In this document: positions 8,317 through 17,949 of the stretch, piece by piece
Layout: each line of letters begins with the position of its first letter
Position numbering within the stretch: the first letter of the stretch is position 1
Origin: Kaistella sp.
Lineage (GTDB): Bacteria > Bacteroidota > Bacteroidia > Flavobacteriales > Weeksellaceae
Reading direction: 5' to 3'
Assembly (NCBI GenBank): GCA_032057205.1
Contig: DAMCFT010000004.1
Location: 132,890 to 196,889, forward strand
Length of the DNA: 64,000 bases
The notes under the pieces: model-generated
What the model was told of the DNA's origin: nothing
Seen by the model: the letters and a program-made list of their open reading frames with translations, nothing else
Databases searched by the model: none
Program-made: the position numbers and the translations under genes

Positions 8317-11300
8317 ATTTCCTGTATTTTACCAAAACCCAACCTTTGTGCTCGGTAACCGTGGAAGTATTGGGTTCCGTCCACCGAAGCACAAACCAAT
8401 ACGTACCGCTCGCTACTTTTTTACCGCCATGTGTTCCGTCCCAATTGAAATTATTACTGCTATTTCCGGTAAAAACGACATTGCCGTATCGGTCCGCAAT
8501 TTGCAAATCCGGTTTCTCTTTGCCTTGCAGGCTGGAATAGTCCAGGAAATCGTTTTTGCCATTCTCATCCGGTGTAATGACATTCAGCAGTCGCACCACC
8601 GTAAATTTATAGGTGGTCGGCTGACATTCCTCTTTGCCGCGAACATACGCTGTATAACTTCCCGGTTGTATATTGATAAACTCATTAGAGCTCTGATATT
8701 GTATTCCGTCTAAAGAATAGGTGTAAGGCGCAGTCCCGCCGGAAGCATTAATTCGCACGGTACTGCCGGTGATTTCAACTGAATTAATGACAGGAACCGT
8801 ATAGTACTGAACTTTAAAATATTTACGGTACGTACAATCCTCAGTTCTATAATCCACATAATATTCTCCTGCTTCCGCGCTTATTGACTGTGATATTTCG
8901 CCGGTGCTCCATAGGTATGAAGTGTAACCGACCGGAGCGGGAAGAATGGCTTTAGCTGCGGGGCAGATCTCGACTTGTTCTTCCGGAGCAAGCGTATTTT
9001 TAACCTGAATTTGCAATTTGGCAAGGGTTTGACAACTGCCATTAATTCCAATACGAAGAAAAAAAGCCTGACTGCCCGGTACTTGCACCGCAGTGTTTGC
9101 GATCGGATTCAGATTTTTTCTGGCGTCATCTTCCTCATAAAAGTAAGTGAATTGTGCGTCGGGATCTAACGTAAATTCAGTCTGATATTGTGCAAGATCT
9201 ACCGTGGCAGGAGTTTCCGGAGTAATGCTGCAGATTTCTTTTATAATTGTGTTTTGCAGTAAGGATGATTTGTTCCCAATTTTCAACGTAATCGAGCTAA
9301 TTGTCGCTGGACACCCAGCTTTTGGCTCTGCCCGAACCCAGATTTTCTTTTGAGTAGTAAAACTATAGATATCATTCAGATAATCTGATAAGCCTGCTAT
9401 CGCTTTGGTTTCGCTTTCATAATATTTCACCGTGAAAGCAGCGGGATTTCTGAGTATGTACTGTGTGATTTCACTCAGTTTTACTTTATAGACACCATCT
9501 AAAATATTGTCTATATCCTCGTCGCAGTGTAAAACCGTGTATTGGTCGGAATAAATATGGGCATCTGCATTTTCTACTATTAGCGTGATTTTTGCAATTG
9601 CAACACAACCATCTGTGCTTTCTAACCGCACAAAAATATCCTGTCCCGTGGATTCATAATTTGTAAAGTTCAGAATTTCTTCAGTTTCATTTTGACTTTC
9701 AGCTCCTGCATGAGTCAAATAATATTTTTTACTCAGTGAACTGTCATCTTGTGTTAATTGCGCGGTGGTAAGATTGAATATTGCGGAGCCGGCAGTAGTA
9801 CAATCTACCAGTGTTGTATCCTGCGCAATGATTGGAGATATTTCGATTGTTGCCTGCGCGATTTCGCAGTCGGGAATGGAACTCACGCCGCAAAAGCGAT
9901 ATTGAAAACGATCTGTTCCTGTTGTATTCGGATTTGCAGCGTATATGATTTTCCCGTTGTCAACTGTGGCTGAGCCAAGAGTTGGTTGCGAAATTATTTG
10001 AATGGTTGCCGGATCGACCTGCTGTGAGCTCAATGCAAATGCAGGCTCAATTGATATTTCCGAACATATTTTATACGGAATATTAGTGTAATCAGTGCAG
10101 TTAAAAAAAGTAAAGTCGGCAGTCTGGGCCTGCGGACAGGTTCCCTGCTGAACTTGAACTGCGTAAATGCCCTCTTTGGATGGGGTGTAATAAAAAAGAT
10201 TATTTTGTCCGGGCGCATCTTCGTAAACGTTGCCCTTCTTAATGACCCACCGGTACTGAGCAAACCCTTCCGGAACAGCAAGTTTCACATCAGGGATACA
10301 TTCACCTTCGATCTTTGTGATCAGAGGAATTAAAGAAAAGCCGGCAAAAAAACCTCCGTATCCTACCGCATCATTTCCGGCAGAAATTCCGGCTGTTACC
10401 GCACCGGAAGAATAAATCGCTACGTTGCCGGTCATGTTTTGTACAGAATACGTTTCCCAGCGTGGATTGCCCGTAACCGCATAAGGACCGTTACTTGCCA
10501 TCAAAGGATATTCTATTCCGTTGCGCTCAATCCTAATCTGCGCGCCTTTTTCAGTAATGATGTTGAGTTTGGTGGGAACAGTTAAGCTTTGAGCATTGTT
10601 AGATGAATATTCATTTTCGCTGATCCGGCCGATCTCTACTATTTTACGCGGCAGGTAGCAACTGAGCGGAGGAATAAAGTTAAACCCTCCGGTTGCAAGG
10701 GGCGAGGTACCATTACCATCTGTTCCTCCTAATAGCTGATAAACGTAACTGTTTTTATCGGTCCGTATAAACATACTGTAATGACCACCTCCCTGATTTT
10801 TATAGGCGCTGTTATCAGTAAGATAAAACTGCCCCGCATTTAACGTAGCCGAAGGAGAAATTTGGTCATTAAGGTACACCTTGGTATTGTCCTGAGTTGC
10901 AACAATTAAAGCTTTTTCCATATTGGATGTAATGCTGCCATTTCCTTTAACTAAGATAAATTCCTGTCCAAGCTTGTCTTCCGGGACACCTTGGTCCATA
11001 AGAATGTCTGAAGAAGTCGAAATATCCTGCGCGTATTGACCATTAAAATTTCCATTGGCAATCACCACGGGTTTGTCAGCAGTGATTTTGGCACCGATAT
11101 ACCCCTTCGCGTTGCTGTCATATAGACCAGAACCTTCAACGATATAGGATTGTCCTCTGTTTAACGTGAAATTAATTTCAGTACGGGAAATATTATCCGC
11201 AAAGACTATATTCGGATCGAAACCATTAATAGTAACGTTGGTATTGTCCTCCGTAGCCATGATGCTATTCATGAAATTTAAGATATGGTTACGCGGCACA

Positions 11301-11728
11301 ATAGGCGCCACGACTGCCCGAAATTCTTTTCCTAAGCCAGCTTTGCCCTTCGAAGTTTGAATTTCAGCATGATTATTAACCGAAAACCGCAGGGTGGCGA
11401 AAAAAGGTTTCTCTCCTTTGGTATAAAGTCCCATTGCTACAGGCCTGAAAAGGTCATTATTTTCTGTGGATATAATGTTTTCTGAATTTAATATATCAAA
11501 TTTCGCAGGATTATTTCTGCTGATCATCACAGTGCCAATGATTTGGTTATCATGAAAAATGTCAACTTTAAAGGGAGTGGTTTCTCCCGTAGAAAAGTAA
11601 AGCGACTGATAATTACTTTCAAGATTAGTTCTGTTAAACATTGGTGCAAACCAATGCTCACGGTCAAGTTGGCCATTAATACATATATAGATGCAAATAA
11701 TTATGAAAATAAGTAATTTTCTCTTCAT
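8315..11728 (-). CDS. T9SS-secreted large surface protein (type-B C-terminal sorting domain)
   Basis: 1137 aa. Signal peptide MKRKLLIFIIICIYICINGQ. The last ~90 aa, ITPDENGKNDFL..GTYWFVL..GWVLVKYRK, match the gliding-motility/T9SS type-B CTD. SprB-like GGTAPYTYSLDG repeat and three internal ~90-aa Cys-bracketed repeats. Confidence 0.85.
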   Translation of the reverse strand: MKRKLLIFIIICIYICINGQLDREHWFAPMFNRTNLESNYQSLYFSTGETTPFKVDIFHDNQIIGTVMISRNNPAKFDILNSENIISTENNDLFRPVAMGLYTKGEKPFFATLRFSVNNHAEIQTSKGKAGLGKEFRAVVAPIVPRNHILNFMNSIMATEDNTNVTINGFDPNIVFADNISRTEINFTLNRGQSYIVEGSGLYDSNAKGYIGAKITADKPVVIANGNFNGQYAQDISTSSDILMDQGVPEDKLGQEFILVKGNGSITSNMEKALIVATQDNTKVYLNDQISPSATLNAGQFYLTDNSAYKNQGGGHYSMFIRTDKNSYVYQLLGGTDGNGTSPLATGGFNFIPPLSCYLPRKIVEIGRISENEYSSNNAQSLTVPTKLNIITEKGAQIRIERNGIEYPLMASNGPYAVTGNPRWETYSVQNMTGNVAIYSSGAVTAGISAGNDAVGYGGFFAGFSLIPLITKIEGECIPDVKLAVPEGFAQYRWVIKKGNVYEDAPGQNNLFYYTPSKEGIYAVQVQQGTCPQAQTADFTFFNCTDYTNIPYKICSEISIEPAFALSSQQVDPATIQIISQPTLGSATVDNGKIIYAANPNTTGTDRFQYRFCGVSSIPDCEIAQATIEISPIIAQDTTLVDCTTAGSAIFNLTTAQLTQDDSSLSKKYYLTHAGAESQNETEEILNFTNYESTGQDIFVRLESTDGCVAIAKITLIVENADAHIYSDQYTVLHCDEDIDNILDGVYKVKLSEITQYILRNPAAFTVKYYESETKAIAGLSDYLNDIYSFTTQKKIWVRAEPKAGCPATISSITLKIGNKSSLLQNTIIKEICSITPETPATVDLAQYQTEFTLDPDAQFTYFYEEDDARKNLNPIANTAVQVPGSQAFFLRIGINGSCQTLAKLQIQVKNTLAPEEQVEICPAAKAILPAPVGYTSYLWSTGEISQSISAEAGEYYVDYRTEDCTYRKYFKVQYYTVPVINSVEITGSTVRINASGGTAPYTYSLDGIQYQSSNEFINIQPGSYTAYVRGKEECQPTTYKFTVVRLLNVITPDENGKNDFLDYSSLQGKEKPDLQIADRYGNVVFTGNSSNNFNWDGTHGGKKVASGTYWFVLRWTEPNTSTVTEHKGWVLVKYRK

Positions 11729-11745
11729 CTGTGTTGATATAGAAA

Positions 11746-11753
11746 CAAATATA
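11746..11753 (-). promoter_or_regulatory. candidate -7 box for the T9SS cargo gene
   Basis: TAtaTTTG on minus strand, 17 nt before ATG. Confidence 0.45.
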
Positions 11754-11840
11754 AACTATTATCTATATTCTTATTGTTTTAAAATCATAAAGATTACATT
11801 TTTTATAATGATGTCTTTTTATTCGTCACTTGATATTTTT

Positions 11841-11848
11841 TATTTTTG
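11841..11848 (+). promoter_or_regulatory. candidate -7 box for the NPP gene (leaderless-type spacing)
   Basis: TAttTTTG, only 5 nt before ATG 11854. Confidence 0.45.
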
Positions 11849-11853
11849 CATCT

Positions 11854-13119
11854 ATGAAAAACACCGCAATCTTACTTCTGTTATTCTTCTTTGGATGTGC
11901 TTTCGCGCAGTCCGACACGGCTCAGATCGTAACGCCCGATCGCAAAAATGCAGCCGTCACTGCGGAAAAGCCGTATGTGATTTTGATTTCAGCGGATGGC
12001 TTCCGGAATGATTACGTGCGAAAATACCAGGCAACGCACCTGCAGCAACTCGCCAATAGGGGCGTCACTGCCACCGCGATGGTGCCGAGTTACCCTTCGA
12101 TTACCTTTCCTAATCACTGGAGCATTATCACCGGATTATATCCTGCGCATCACGGGCTGATCGATAACTTTTTTTATGACTACAAGCGACAGCAGCAATA
12201 CAAGATGAATGATAAGCAAATTGTGGAAGATGGTTCCTGGTACGGCGGCGTTCCGCTCTGGAGCCTGGCTGAGCAGCAGGGAATGATTTCCGCATCGATG
12301 ATGTGGGTGGGTTCCGCAAGTGATGCAGCAGGCACGCGGCCAACGTATTATTATCCGTATCATGAAAAGTTTACGCCCGCGGAAAAAGTGGAGAAAGTTC
12401 TCAACTGGCTTCATTTGCCAGAAGAGGTTCGTCCCCATTTTATTACGCTTTATTTCCCCGAAGTTGATGGCAACGGCCACCGCTTCGGGCCGGATAGTCC
12501 CGAAACGGAAGCTGCGGTACACATGATTGATGAGACCGTAGGCCGACTGGTTTCAAAAGTGAAAGAAACCGGCCTGCCTGTGAATATTATATTTGTGGCA
12601 GATCACGGAATGATTAAAGTAGACCGCGAGGAAACCATTGAAATTCCACAAATGCTGACGGATAAAAATCGTTTTGATTATTACAACTCTAATACACAGC
12701 TGCGCATCTTCGTGAAAAATCAGACCGAGGTTCGCGCGGTTTATCGGGAACTTGATGAAAATAAAACAGAAGATTATCTCGTTTTTCTGACGGAGCAGTT
12801 CCCCGGGCCGCTGCACTTTTCAAAAGCTGATGACCGCTATGGGCGCATAGGCGATATTATCCTGATGCCGAAAGCACCCAAAATCTTTTTGGAAGCCGGG
12901 CGCAGCACCTCGCCGGGCAAGCATGGTTATAATCCGTTTGAAGTTACCGAAATGAAATCAGTTTTCATCGCCAACGGTCCGGCCTTTAAAACCGGAACGG
13001 TGATTACTGATTTCCCAAATGTCGATGTGTATCACATCGTCACCGATATTCTTAACTTAAATATCTCCGAACCGATTGACGGAACTGACAGTACCGCCAA
13101 TAAAATTTTGAAAAAGTGA
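11854..13119 (+). CDS. ectonucleotide pyrophosphatase/phosphodiesterase (alkaline-phosphatase superfamily), secreted
   Basis: ORF track 11830 (TTG) trimmed to ATG 11854 (MKNTAILLLLFFFGCAFAQ signal peptide). ISADGFRNDY, TFPNHWSIITGLYPAHHGLIDN, ADHGM. Confidence 0.8.
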   Translation: MKNTAILLLLFFFGCAFAQSDTAQIVTPDRKNAAVTAEKPYVILISADGFRNDYVRKYQATHLQQLANRGVTATAMVPSYPSITFPNHWSIITGLYPAHHGLIDNFFYDYKRQQQYKMNDKQIVEDGSWYGGVPLWSLAEQQGMISASMMWVGSASDAAGTRPTYYYPYHEKFTPAEKVEKVLNWLHLPEEVRPHFITLYFPEVDGNGHRFGPDSPETEAAVHMIDETVGRLVSKVKETGLPVNIIFVADHGMIKVDREETIEIPQMLTDKNRFDYYNSNTQLRIFVKNQTEVRAVYRELDENKTEDYLVFLTEQFPGPLHFSKADDRYGRIGDIILMPKAPKIFLEAGRSTSPGKHGYNPFEVTEMKSVFIANGPAFKTGTVITDFPNVDVYHIVTDILNLNISEPIDGTDSTANKILKK

Positions 13120-13134
13120 TTATTTAATTATATA

Positions 13135-13168
13135 AAAAACGCAGCATTCATCCGGATGCTGCGTTTTT
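13135..13168. terminator. bidirectional hairpin terminator (NPP / dinB convergent)
   Basis: aaaaacgcagcat-tcatccgg-atgctgcgttttt: 9-bp perfect stem flanked by A5/T5. Confidence 0.7.
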
Positions 13169-13170
13169 AC

Positions 13171-14259
13171 TTACTCATAAGTTTCTTCTTCGAAAGGTAA
13201 GGTGAGCTGCACGCTGACCTGCTTTTTTTCCTGGGTGTTCAGGTTGGAGAGGGACAAGCCCAGCAGCCGGACAGGCCGGTCATACGGCCGAAATTCCCAC
13301 AGTCTTTTTGCCGTTGCAAGCAGTTGGCCGCTGTTACCGAAATAGCTTTCCGTAGTTGTGCTCCGTGTACACATACTGAAGTCACGGTACCGGATTTTTA
13401 AGGTGAGTGATTTTCCCAGGATTTCTTTTTTTCGCAAGCGTTCTTCCAGTTGGGTGCTTAATAGTTCCAGCTGTGCAAAAACCGCTTCTTCATCGGCCAG
13501 ATTCTCCCAGAATGTTTCCTCCACCGCCACGCTTTTGGGCGTTCGGTGCGGCCGTACTTCGCTTTTATGAATACCGCGTACCACCTGATAATAATAATGC
13601 CCCGACTTTCCAAAGTGATGTGTCAGTTCTTCGAGTGATCTTTCCTTTAATTCCTTTCCGGTGAATATTTTCAGCTCGTGCATCCGGTTGGCTGTTACTT
13701 TTCCGATGCCGTAAAATTTCTCAATCGGCAGCGCTTCCATAAACTCCAGAATCTGGCTCGGATGAATGGTTTTCTGACCGTTGGGTTTGCGGTAATCGGA
13801 GGCTACTTTTGCCAGGAATTTATTAACTGAAATCCCGGCCGAGGCGGTCAGGCCGGTTTCCTCGAAAATGCGGCGGCGGATTTGCCTGGCGATTTCCTGC
13901 GCTGAATCAATGTTTTTTTTATTTTCGGTAACATCAAGGTAGGCTTCGTCTAAAGACAAAGGCTCTACCAAGTCAGTGAACTCGTAAAAGATTTGCCGGA
14001 TTTGGGCAGATATTTCCTTGTACCGCTGAAAACGGGGTTTAACCACAATCAGATGCGGGCATTTTTGCTGGGCAATTCTGCCGGGCATCGCCGAACGAAC
14101 GCCAAATTTCCGGGCTTCATAACTGGCGGCGGCAACAACTCCGTGCTGACCACCACCCACGGCGAGCGCTTTTCCGCGAAGTTCGGGATGGTCACGCTGT
14201 TCCACCGAAGCATAGAAGGCATCCATATCCACATGGATAATTTTCCGAACCGTTTCCAT
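13171..14259 (-). CDS. dinB: DNA polymerase IV
   Basis: 362 aa. IIHVDMDAFYASVEQRD and SLDEAYLDV. Confidence 0.9.
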   Translation of the reverse strand: METVRKIIHVDMDAFYASVEQRDHPELRGKALAVGGGQHGVVAAASYEARKFGVRSAMPGRIAQQKCPHLIVVKPRFQRYKEISAQIRQIFYEFTDLVEPLSLDEAYLDVTENKKNIDSAQEIARQIRRRIFEETGLTASAGISVNKFLAKVASDYRKPNGQKTIHPSQILEFMEALPIEKFYGIGKVTANRMHELKIFTGKELKERSLEELTHHFGKSGHYYYQVVRGIHKSEVRPHRTPKSVAVEETFWENLADEEAVFAQLELLSTQLEERLRKKEILGKSLTLKIRYRDFSMCTRSTTTESYFGNSGQLLATAKRLWEFRPYDRPVRLLGLSLSNLNTQEKKQVSVQLTLPFEEETYE

Positions 14260-14263
14260 ACTG

Positions 14264-14271
14264 CAAAAGTA
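14264..14271 (-). promoter_or_regulatory. candidate -7 box for dinB (leaderless-type spacing)
   Basis: TActTTTG on minus strand, 4 nt before the dinB ATG. Confidence 0.45.
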
Positions 14272-14451
14272 CAGGTTTTAATTTTTTCAGCCTGTTAATA
14301 TGAGTTTTAAAAACAGAGAAGGTACAGGCGCAACAATTGATTTTTAGGGAACTATCAATTAAATTTAAATATTATTTAAACCAAAATTTTTTCAAAGTTA
14401 TCAGCTTATACATTTCAAAAAAATTCTGCTATCTCCGGCAGCTCAATGTTT

Positions 14452-14487
14452 ATAACAAAAGAAAAGCACACCTTTTGATGCGCTTTT
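14452..14487 (-). terminator. hairpin terminator after the lpxK-PNP operon
   Basis: Minus strand aaaagcgca-tcaaaagg-tgtgctttt (9 bp including one G.U) followed by cttttgtt. Confidence 0.5.
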
Positions 14488-14504
14488 TGATTTCAAAGTA
14501 AAAG

Positions 14505-15323
14505 TTACCCGTGATAATTCCGGACCAGGCCTTTCACAATGGCGATTACATTTGGCATTGCTTTTTTCGCCGCCTGCAATACTTCTTCATGAGAAACTTC
14601 CAGCGCGATATTCGGGCCGCCCAAATCGGTAATAATCGATAAGCCGAAACAGTCCATTCCCTGATGTTTTGCCACGATCACTTCGGGCACCGTACTCATG
14701 CCTACGGCATCACCGCCAATTGCGCGAATCATTCCGTACTCTGCCGGTGTTTCAAAGGTAGGACCCTGCAAAGCCACATAACAACCCTGATGCACTTTGA
14801 TCTTTTCCGCTTCCGCCACCTTTAGTGCTGTTTGCAACATCTTTTTATTATAAGGTTCACTCATATCCACAAACCGCGGTCCGAGCTCATCCATGTTCTT
14901 GCCGCGCAACGGATGTTCCGGCATCATGTTGATGTGATCGTTAATCAGCATCACATCTGCCACCTGGAAATCAGGATGCACCCCACCGCACGCATTGGAA
15001 ACAATCATGTTCTTAATCCCAAGCTGATGGAAAACCCGCACCGGGAAGACTACCGTCTGGATATCATGACCTTCATAATAGTGAAAACGCCCGCTCATCA
15101 GCAAGACCTTCCTGCCTTCCAGCGTACCATAAATGAGTTTGCCACCGTGTCCCGCAACGGTTGTTTGCGGAAAATTCGGTATTTCGGAATATTCTAAAGT
15201 ACAGATTGGCGCCACCTCATCTTTTAAATTCCCCAGGCCGGAACCCAGGATAATAGCAAACTCCGGCGCACCTTTAATTTTATCTTGAATAAACGCGGCT
15301 GTTTCTTTGATTCTTTCCAACAT
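14505..15323 (-). CDS. purine nucleoside phosphorylase (trimeric PNP/MTAP family)
   Basis: 272 aa. GRFHYYEGH, SNACGG, GMSTVPEV. Confidence 0.9.
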   Translation of the reverse strand: MLERIKETAAFIQDKIKGAPEFAIILGSGLGNLKDEVAPICTLEYSEIPNFPQTTVAGHGGKLIYGTLEGRKVLLMSGRFHYYEGHDIQTVVFPVRVFHQLGIKNMIVSNACGGVHPDFQVADVMLINDHINMMPEHPLRGKNMDELGPRFVDMSEPYNKKMLQTALKVAEAEKIKVHQGCYVALQGPTFETPAEYGMIRAIGGDAVGMSTVPEVIVAKHQGMDCFGLSIITDLGGPNIALEVSHEEVLQAAKKAMPNVIAIVKGLVRNYHG

Positions 15324-16332
15324 AGTCTAAAATGATTTGGTTAAATGCTTCCTGCTTGTCAATATTCACGTGGATGGGCCAGTAGTACACCAGGTCGCGC
15401 AATGCATCGAAAGTTTTAAGCCGTACATAATCTTTTTCAGTAGTTAAAAGAATACGGTATTCGCCCAGCTTTTTGTATTCAGCCATAATCTGGCGAATAT
15501 CCTCGTCCGTGAAGTTATGATGGTCCCGGAACTTCAGGTGTTTTACTTTCTTGCTGAAACGGTCCAGATGCTGAAGCAACGGTTTGGGATTAGCGATACC
15601 GGTCACCAGTAATACATCGTAATAGGAAAGATTATTGTCCGGCAATATTTTATCGCGGCTGTAGAGGTTTTCATCATATCCGATTCCTGAGAAGAAAACG
15701 TGCTGATTTTCTGTCGGCTTAATCCGTGAAACATAATATTGTTTTTGCTCAGCCGTTAGTTCCGGCGGGCATTTGGAAACCATGATAATATCGGCACGCC
15801 TGGCACCATTCCGGCTTTCGCGCAGGTTACCGGCCGGCAGAAGGTAATCCTTAAAATAAGGATCACTGTAATCCGTCATCAGGATCTGGAAACCCGGTTT
15901 AATGGCGCGGTGCTGGTAGGCGTCGTCCAGCAGCAGGACACCTAAATCCATGTCATCAATCATTTTTCGCGCGCCGGGTACTCTTTTCTCGGACACACCA
16001 ATAACGAAGCGGTTCTTGAAACGCTCAAACAGCTGCATGGCTTCATCGCCCACCGTTTTGTAATTGCTGTCGTAATTGGTAATGTGGTAACCCTTGGTCA
16101 GCCGTCCGTAGCCGCGGGAGAGTACACCGGTTCTGTACTGCCTGGAAAGGAGCTCGGCGAGATACATCACCATCGGTGATTTTCCGCTGCCGCCCACCGA
16201 AAGGTTTCCGACATTAATCACCGGAATTTTAAAGCCTGTTGAAGAATAGATCCCCCATGAATACAAGGTGTTGCGCACTGCAGTTACCAAATGATACACG
16301 AGAGAAAAGGGGTAGAGATACCATCTTTTCAT
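15280..16332 (-). CDS. lpxK: tetraacyldisaccharide 4'-kinase
   Basis: ORF track 15280..16341 (TTG) trimmed to ATG at complement 16330-16332 (MKRWYLYPFSL). P-loop GNLSVGGSGKSP. The 3' end overlaps the PNP gene by 44 nt. Confidence 0.85.
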   Translation of the reverse strand: MKRWYLYPFSLVYHLVTAVRNTLYSWGIYSSTGFKIPVINVGNLSVGGSGKSPMVMYLAELLSRQYRTGVLSRGYGRLTKGYHITNYDSNYKTVGDEAMQLFERFKNRFVIGVSEKRVPGARKMIDDMDLGVLLLDDAYQHRAIKPGFQILMTDYSDPYFKDYLLPAGNLRESRNGARRADIIMVSKCPPELTAEQKQYYVSRIKPTENQHVFFSGIGYDENLYSRDKILPDNNLSYYDVLLVTGIANPKPLLQHLDRFSKKVKHLKFRDHHNFTDEDIRQIMAEYKKLGEYRILLTTEKDYVRLKTFDALRDLVYYWPIHVNIDKQEAFNQIILDYVGKNQRNSRVYSR

Positions 16333-16338
16333 AGGCGT

Positions 16339-16346
16339 CAAAATTA
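16339..16346 (-). promoter_or_regulatory. candidate -7 box for lpxK (leaderless-type spacing)
   Basis: TAatTTTG on minus strand, 6 nt before ATG 16332. It overlaps the TTG used by the ORF track. Confidence 0.45.
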
Positions 16347-16459
16347 CATTTTTAAAACAGCAATTAAAAATTAGCGGCTATGATTTGAATCTTCTTTTGT
16401 TACAAGGTAAGCAGACATAAACTTGTGTGGATACGCCGTTTTCTGTAAAAGTATTTATG

Positions 16460-16467
16460 TAATTTTG
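16460..16467 (+). promoter_or_regulatory. candidate -7 box for ddl-coaD
   Basis: TAatTTTG, 19 nt before ATG 16487. Confidence 0.45.
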
Positions 16468-16486
16468 CCCGCAAGATTTCCACTGC

Positions 16487-17476
16487 ATGAAAAAGAAAAA
16501 CGTTGCCGTCGTCATGGGCGGCTATTCAGATGAGTATAAAGTGTCGCTGAAAAGCGGTGAGCTCATCTTCAGTTCGCTGAACCGTGATCTGTACAATGTG
16601 TACAAAGTAGTTATCCTGAAGAAGGACTGGTATTTTATCGATGACCGCGGAAATCATCTGCCGGTGGATAAAGCTGATTTTTCGGTAACGCTGAGCAGTG
16701 GTTTTAAAGTAACTTTTGATGTCTGCTTCAATATCATTCACGGGAAGCCCGGCGAGAACGGAGAAATGCAGGCGTATTGGAATACGATCGGACAAAAATA
16801 TACCGGCTGCGATTTCTATCAGAGTGCATTAACTTTTAATAAAAAAGATACGCTGGCCGTACTTTCTAAATATGGCATTCCGTCAGCGAAAAGCTTTTAT
16901 GTGCGCGAGGGTGAGCAAATTAATCAAGAGGAAATTATCGCAGAACTGGGTTTGCCGTTGTTCATTAAACCTAATCAGTCCGGCTCTTCGCTTGGGATTT
17001 CAAAAGTAAAAGAAGCTGCGGAGTTCGATGCTGCACTCAAGCTGGCTTTTGCTGAAGACCAGGAAGTGCTGATTGAGCAGTATCTGGACGGCACTGAAGT
17101 TTCTGTTGGCGTGGTGGATTATAAAAACGAAGCTTTGGTACTCGGCATCACTGAAATTGTACCGCACAATGAGTTTTTCGATTATGAAGCGAAGTACGAA
17201 GGCGCATCGGAAGAGATTACACCCGCAAGATTAGATGAAGATACAAGGATGGAAGTAGAGGAAATTGCGAGGCGCGCGTATGTCGCTTTGGGGATGAGCG
17301 GTTTTTCGCGCAGTGAATTTATTATTACCAATGGCATCCCCTACATGCTGGAAATGAATACGAATCCCGGTTTTTCGCCGGCGTCCATTTTACCGCAGCA
17401 GGCAGCGCATTACGGAATGGCGCTCGAGGAATTGTGCGGTAATGAGGTAGAAAAAGCCCTGAATAAAAATTTATGA
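16487..17476 (+). CDS. ddl: D-alanine--D-alanine ligase
   Basis: 329 aa. ATP-grasp: VVMGGYSDEYKVSLKSG, HGKPGENGEMQ, LEMNTNPGFS. Confidence 0.9.
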   Translation: MKKKNVAVVMGGYSDEYKVSLKSGELIFSSLNRDLYNVYKVVILKKDWYFIDDRGNHLPVDKADFSVTLSSGFKVTFDVCFNIIHGKPGENGEMQAYWNTIGQKYTGCDFYQSALTFNKKDTLAVLSKYGIPSAKSFYVREGEQINQEEIIAELGLPLFIKPNQSGSSLGISKVKEAAEFDAALKLAFAEDQEVLIEQYLDGTEVSVGVVDYKNEALVLGITEIVPHNEFFDYEAKYEGASEEITPARLDEDTRMEVEEIARRAYVALGMSGFSRSEFIITNGIPYMLEMNTNPGFSPASILPQQAAHYGMALEELCGNEVEKALNKNL

Positions 17477-17943
17477 GAATAGCCGTTTTTCCGGGGTCTT
17501 TTGATCCTATTACCTTAGGACATTTTGATATTGTGGAGCGTGCTTATCCACTGTTTGACAAAATTATTATCGCCATTGGCCAGAATTCGCAGAAGAAATA
17601 TATGTTCTCGCTGGAGCAGCGCATGCAGTTTATCCGTGAAACATTTGCGAACTTTCCGAATATTGAAGTCGATCATTTCGAAGGGCTGACGGTGGATTAC
17701 TGCCGCAGCAAAAATGTGCGTTTTATCCTGCGTGGCCTTCGCAATCCGGCTGACTTTGAATTTGAAAAAGCCATTGCCCAGACCAATCGCGAACTCACCA
17801 AAGAACAGAAAGTGGAGACTATTTTCTTGCTGACCTCCTCCGGCAAATCATTTATCAGCAGCAGCATTGTCCGGGAAATCATTACCTTCAACGGAAATTA
17901 TGAAATTATGGTGCCGCCTGCTGTGCGTGTGCCGCGTCCGTAA
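17473..17943 (+). CDS. coaD: pantetheine-phosphate adenylyltransferase
   Basis: 156 aa. AVFPGSFDPITLGHFDIV. ATGA overlap with ddl. Confidence 0.9.
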   Translation: MRIAVFPGSFDPITLGHFDIVERAYPLFDKIIIAIGQNSQKKYMFSLEQRMQFIRETFANFPNIEVDHFEGLTVDYCRSKNVRFILRGLRNPADFEFEKAIAQTNRELTKEQKVETIFLLTSSGKSFISSSIVREIITFNGNYEIMVPPAVRVPRP

Positions 17944-17949
17944 TCTGCT

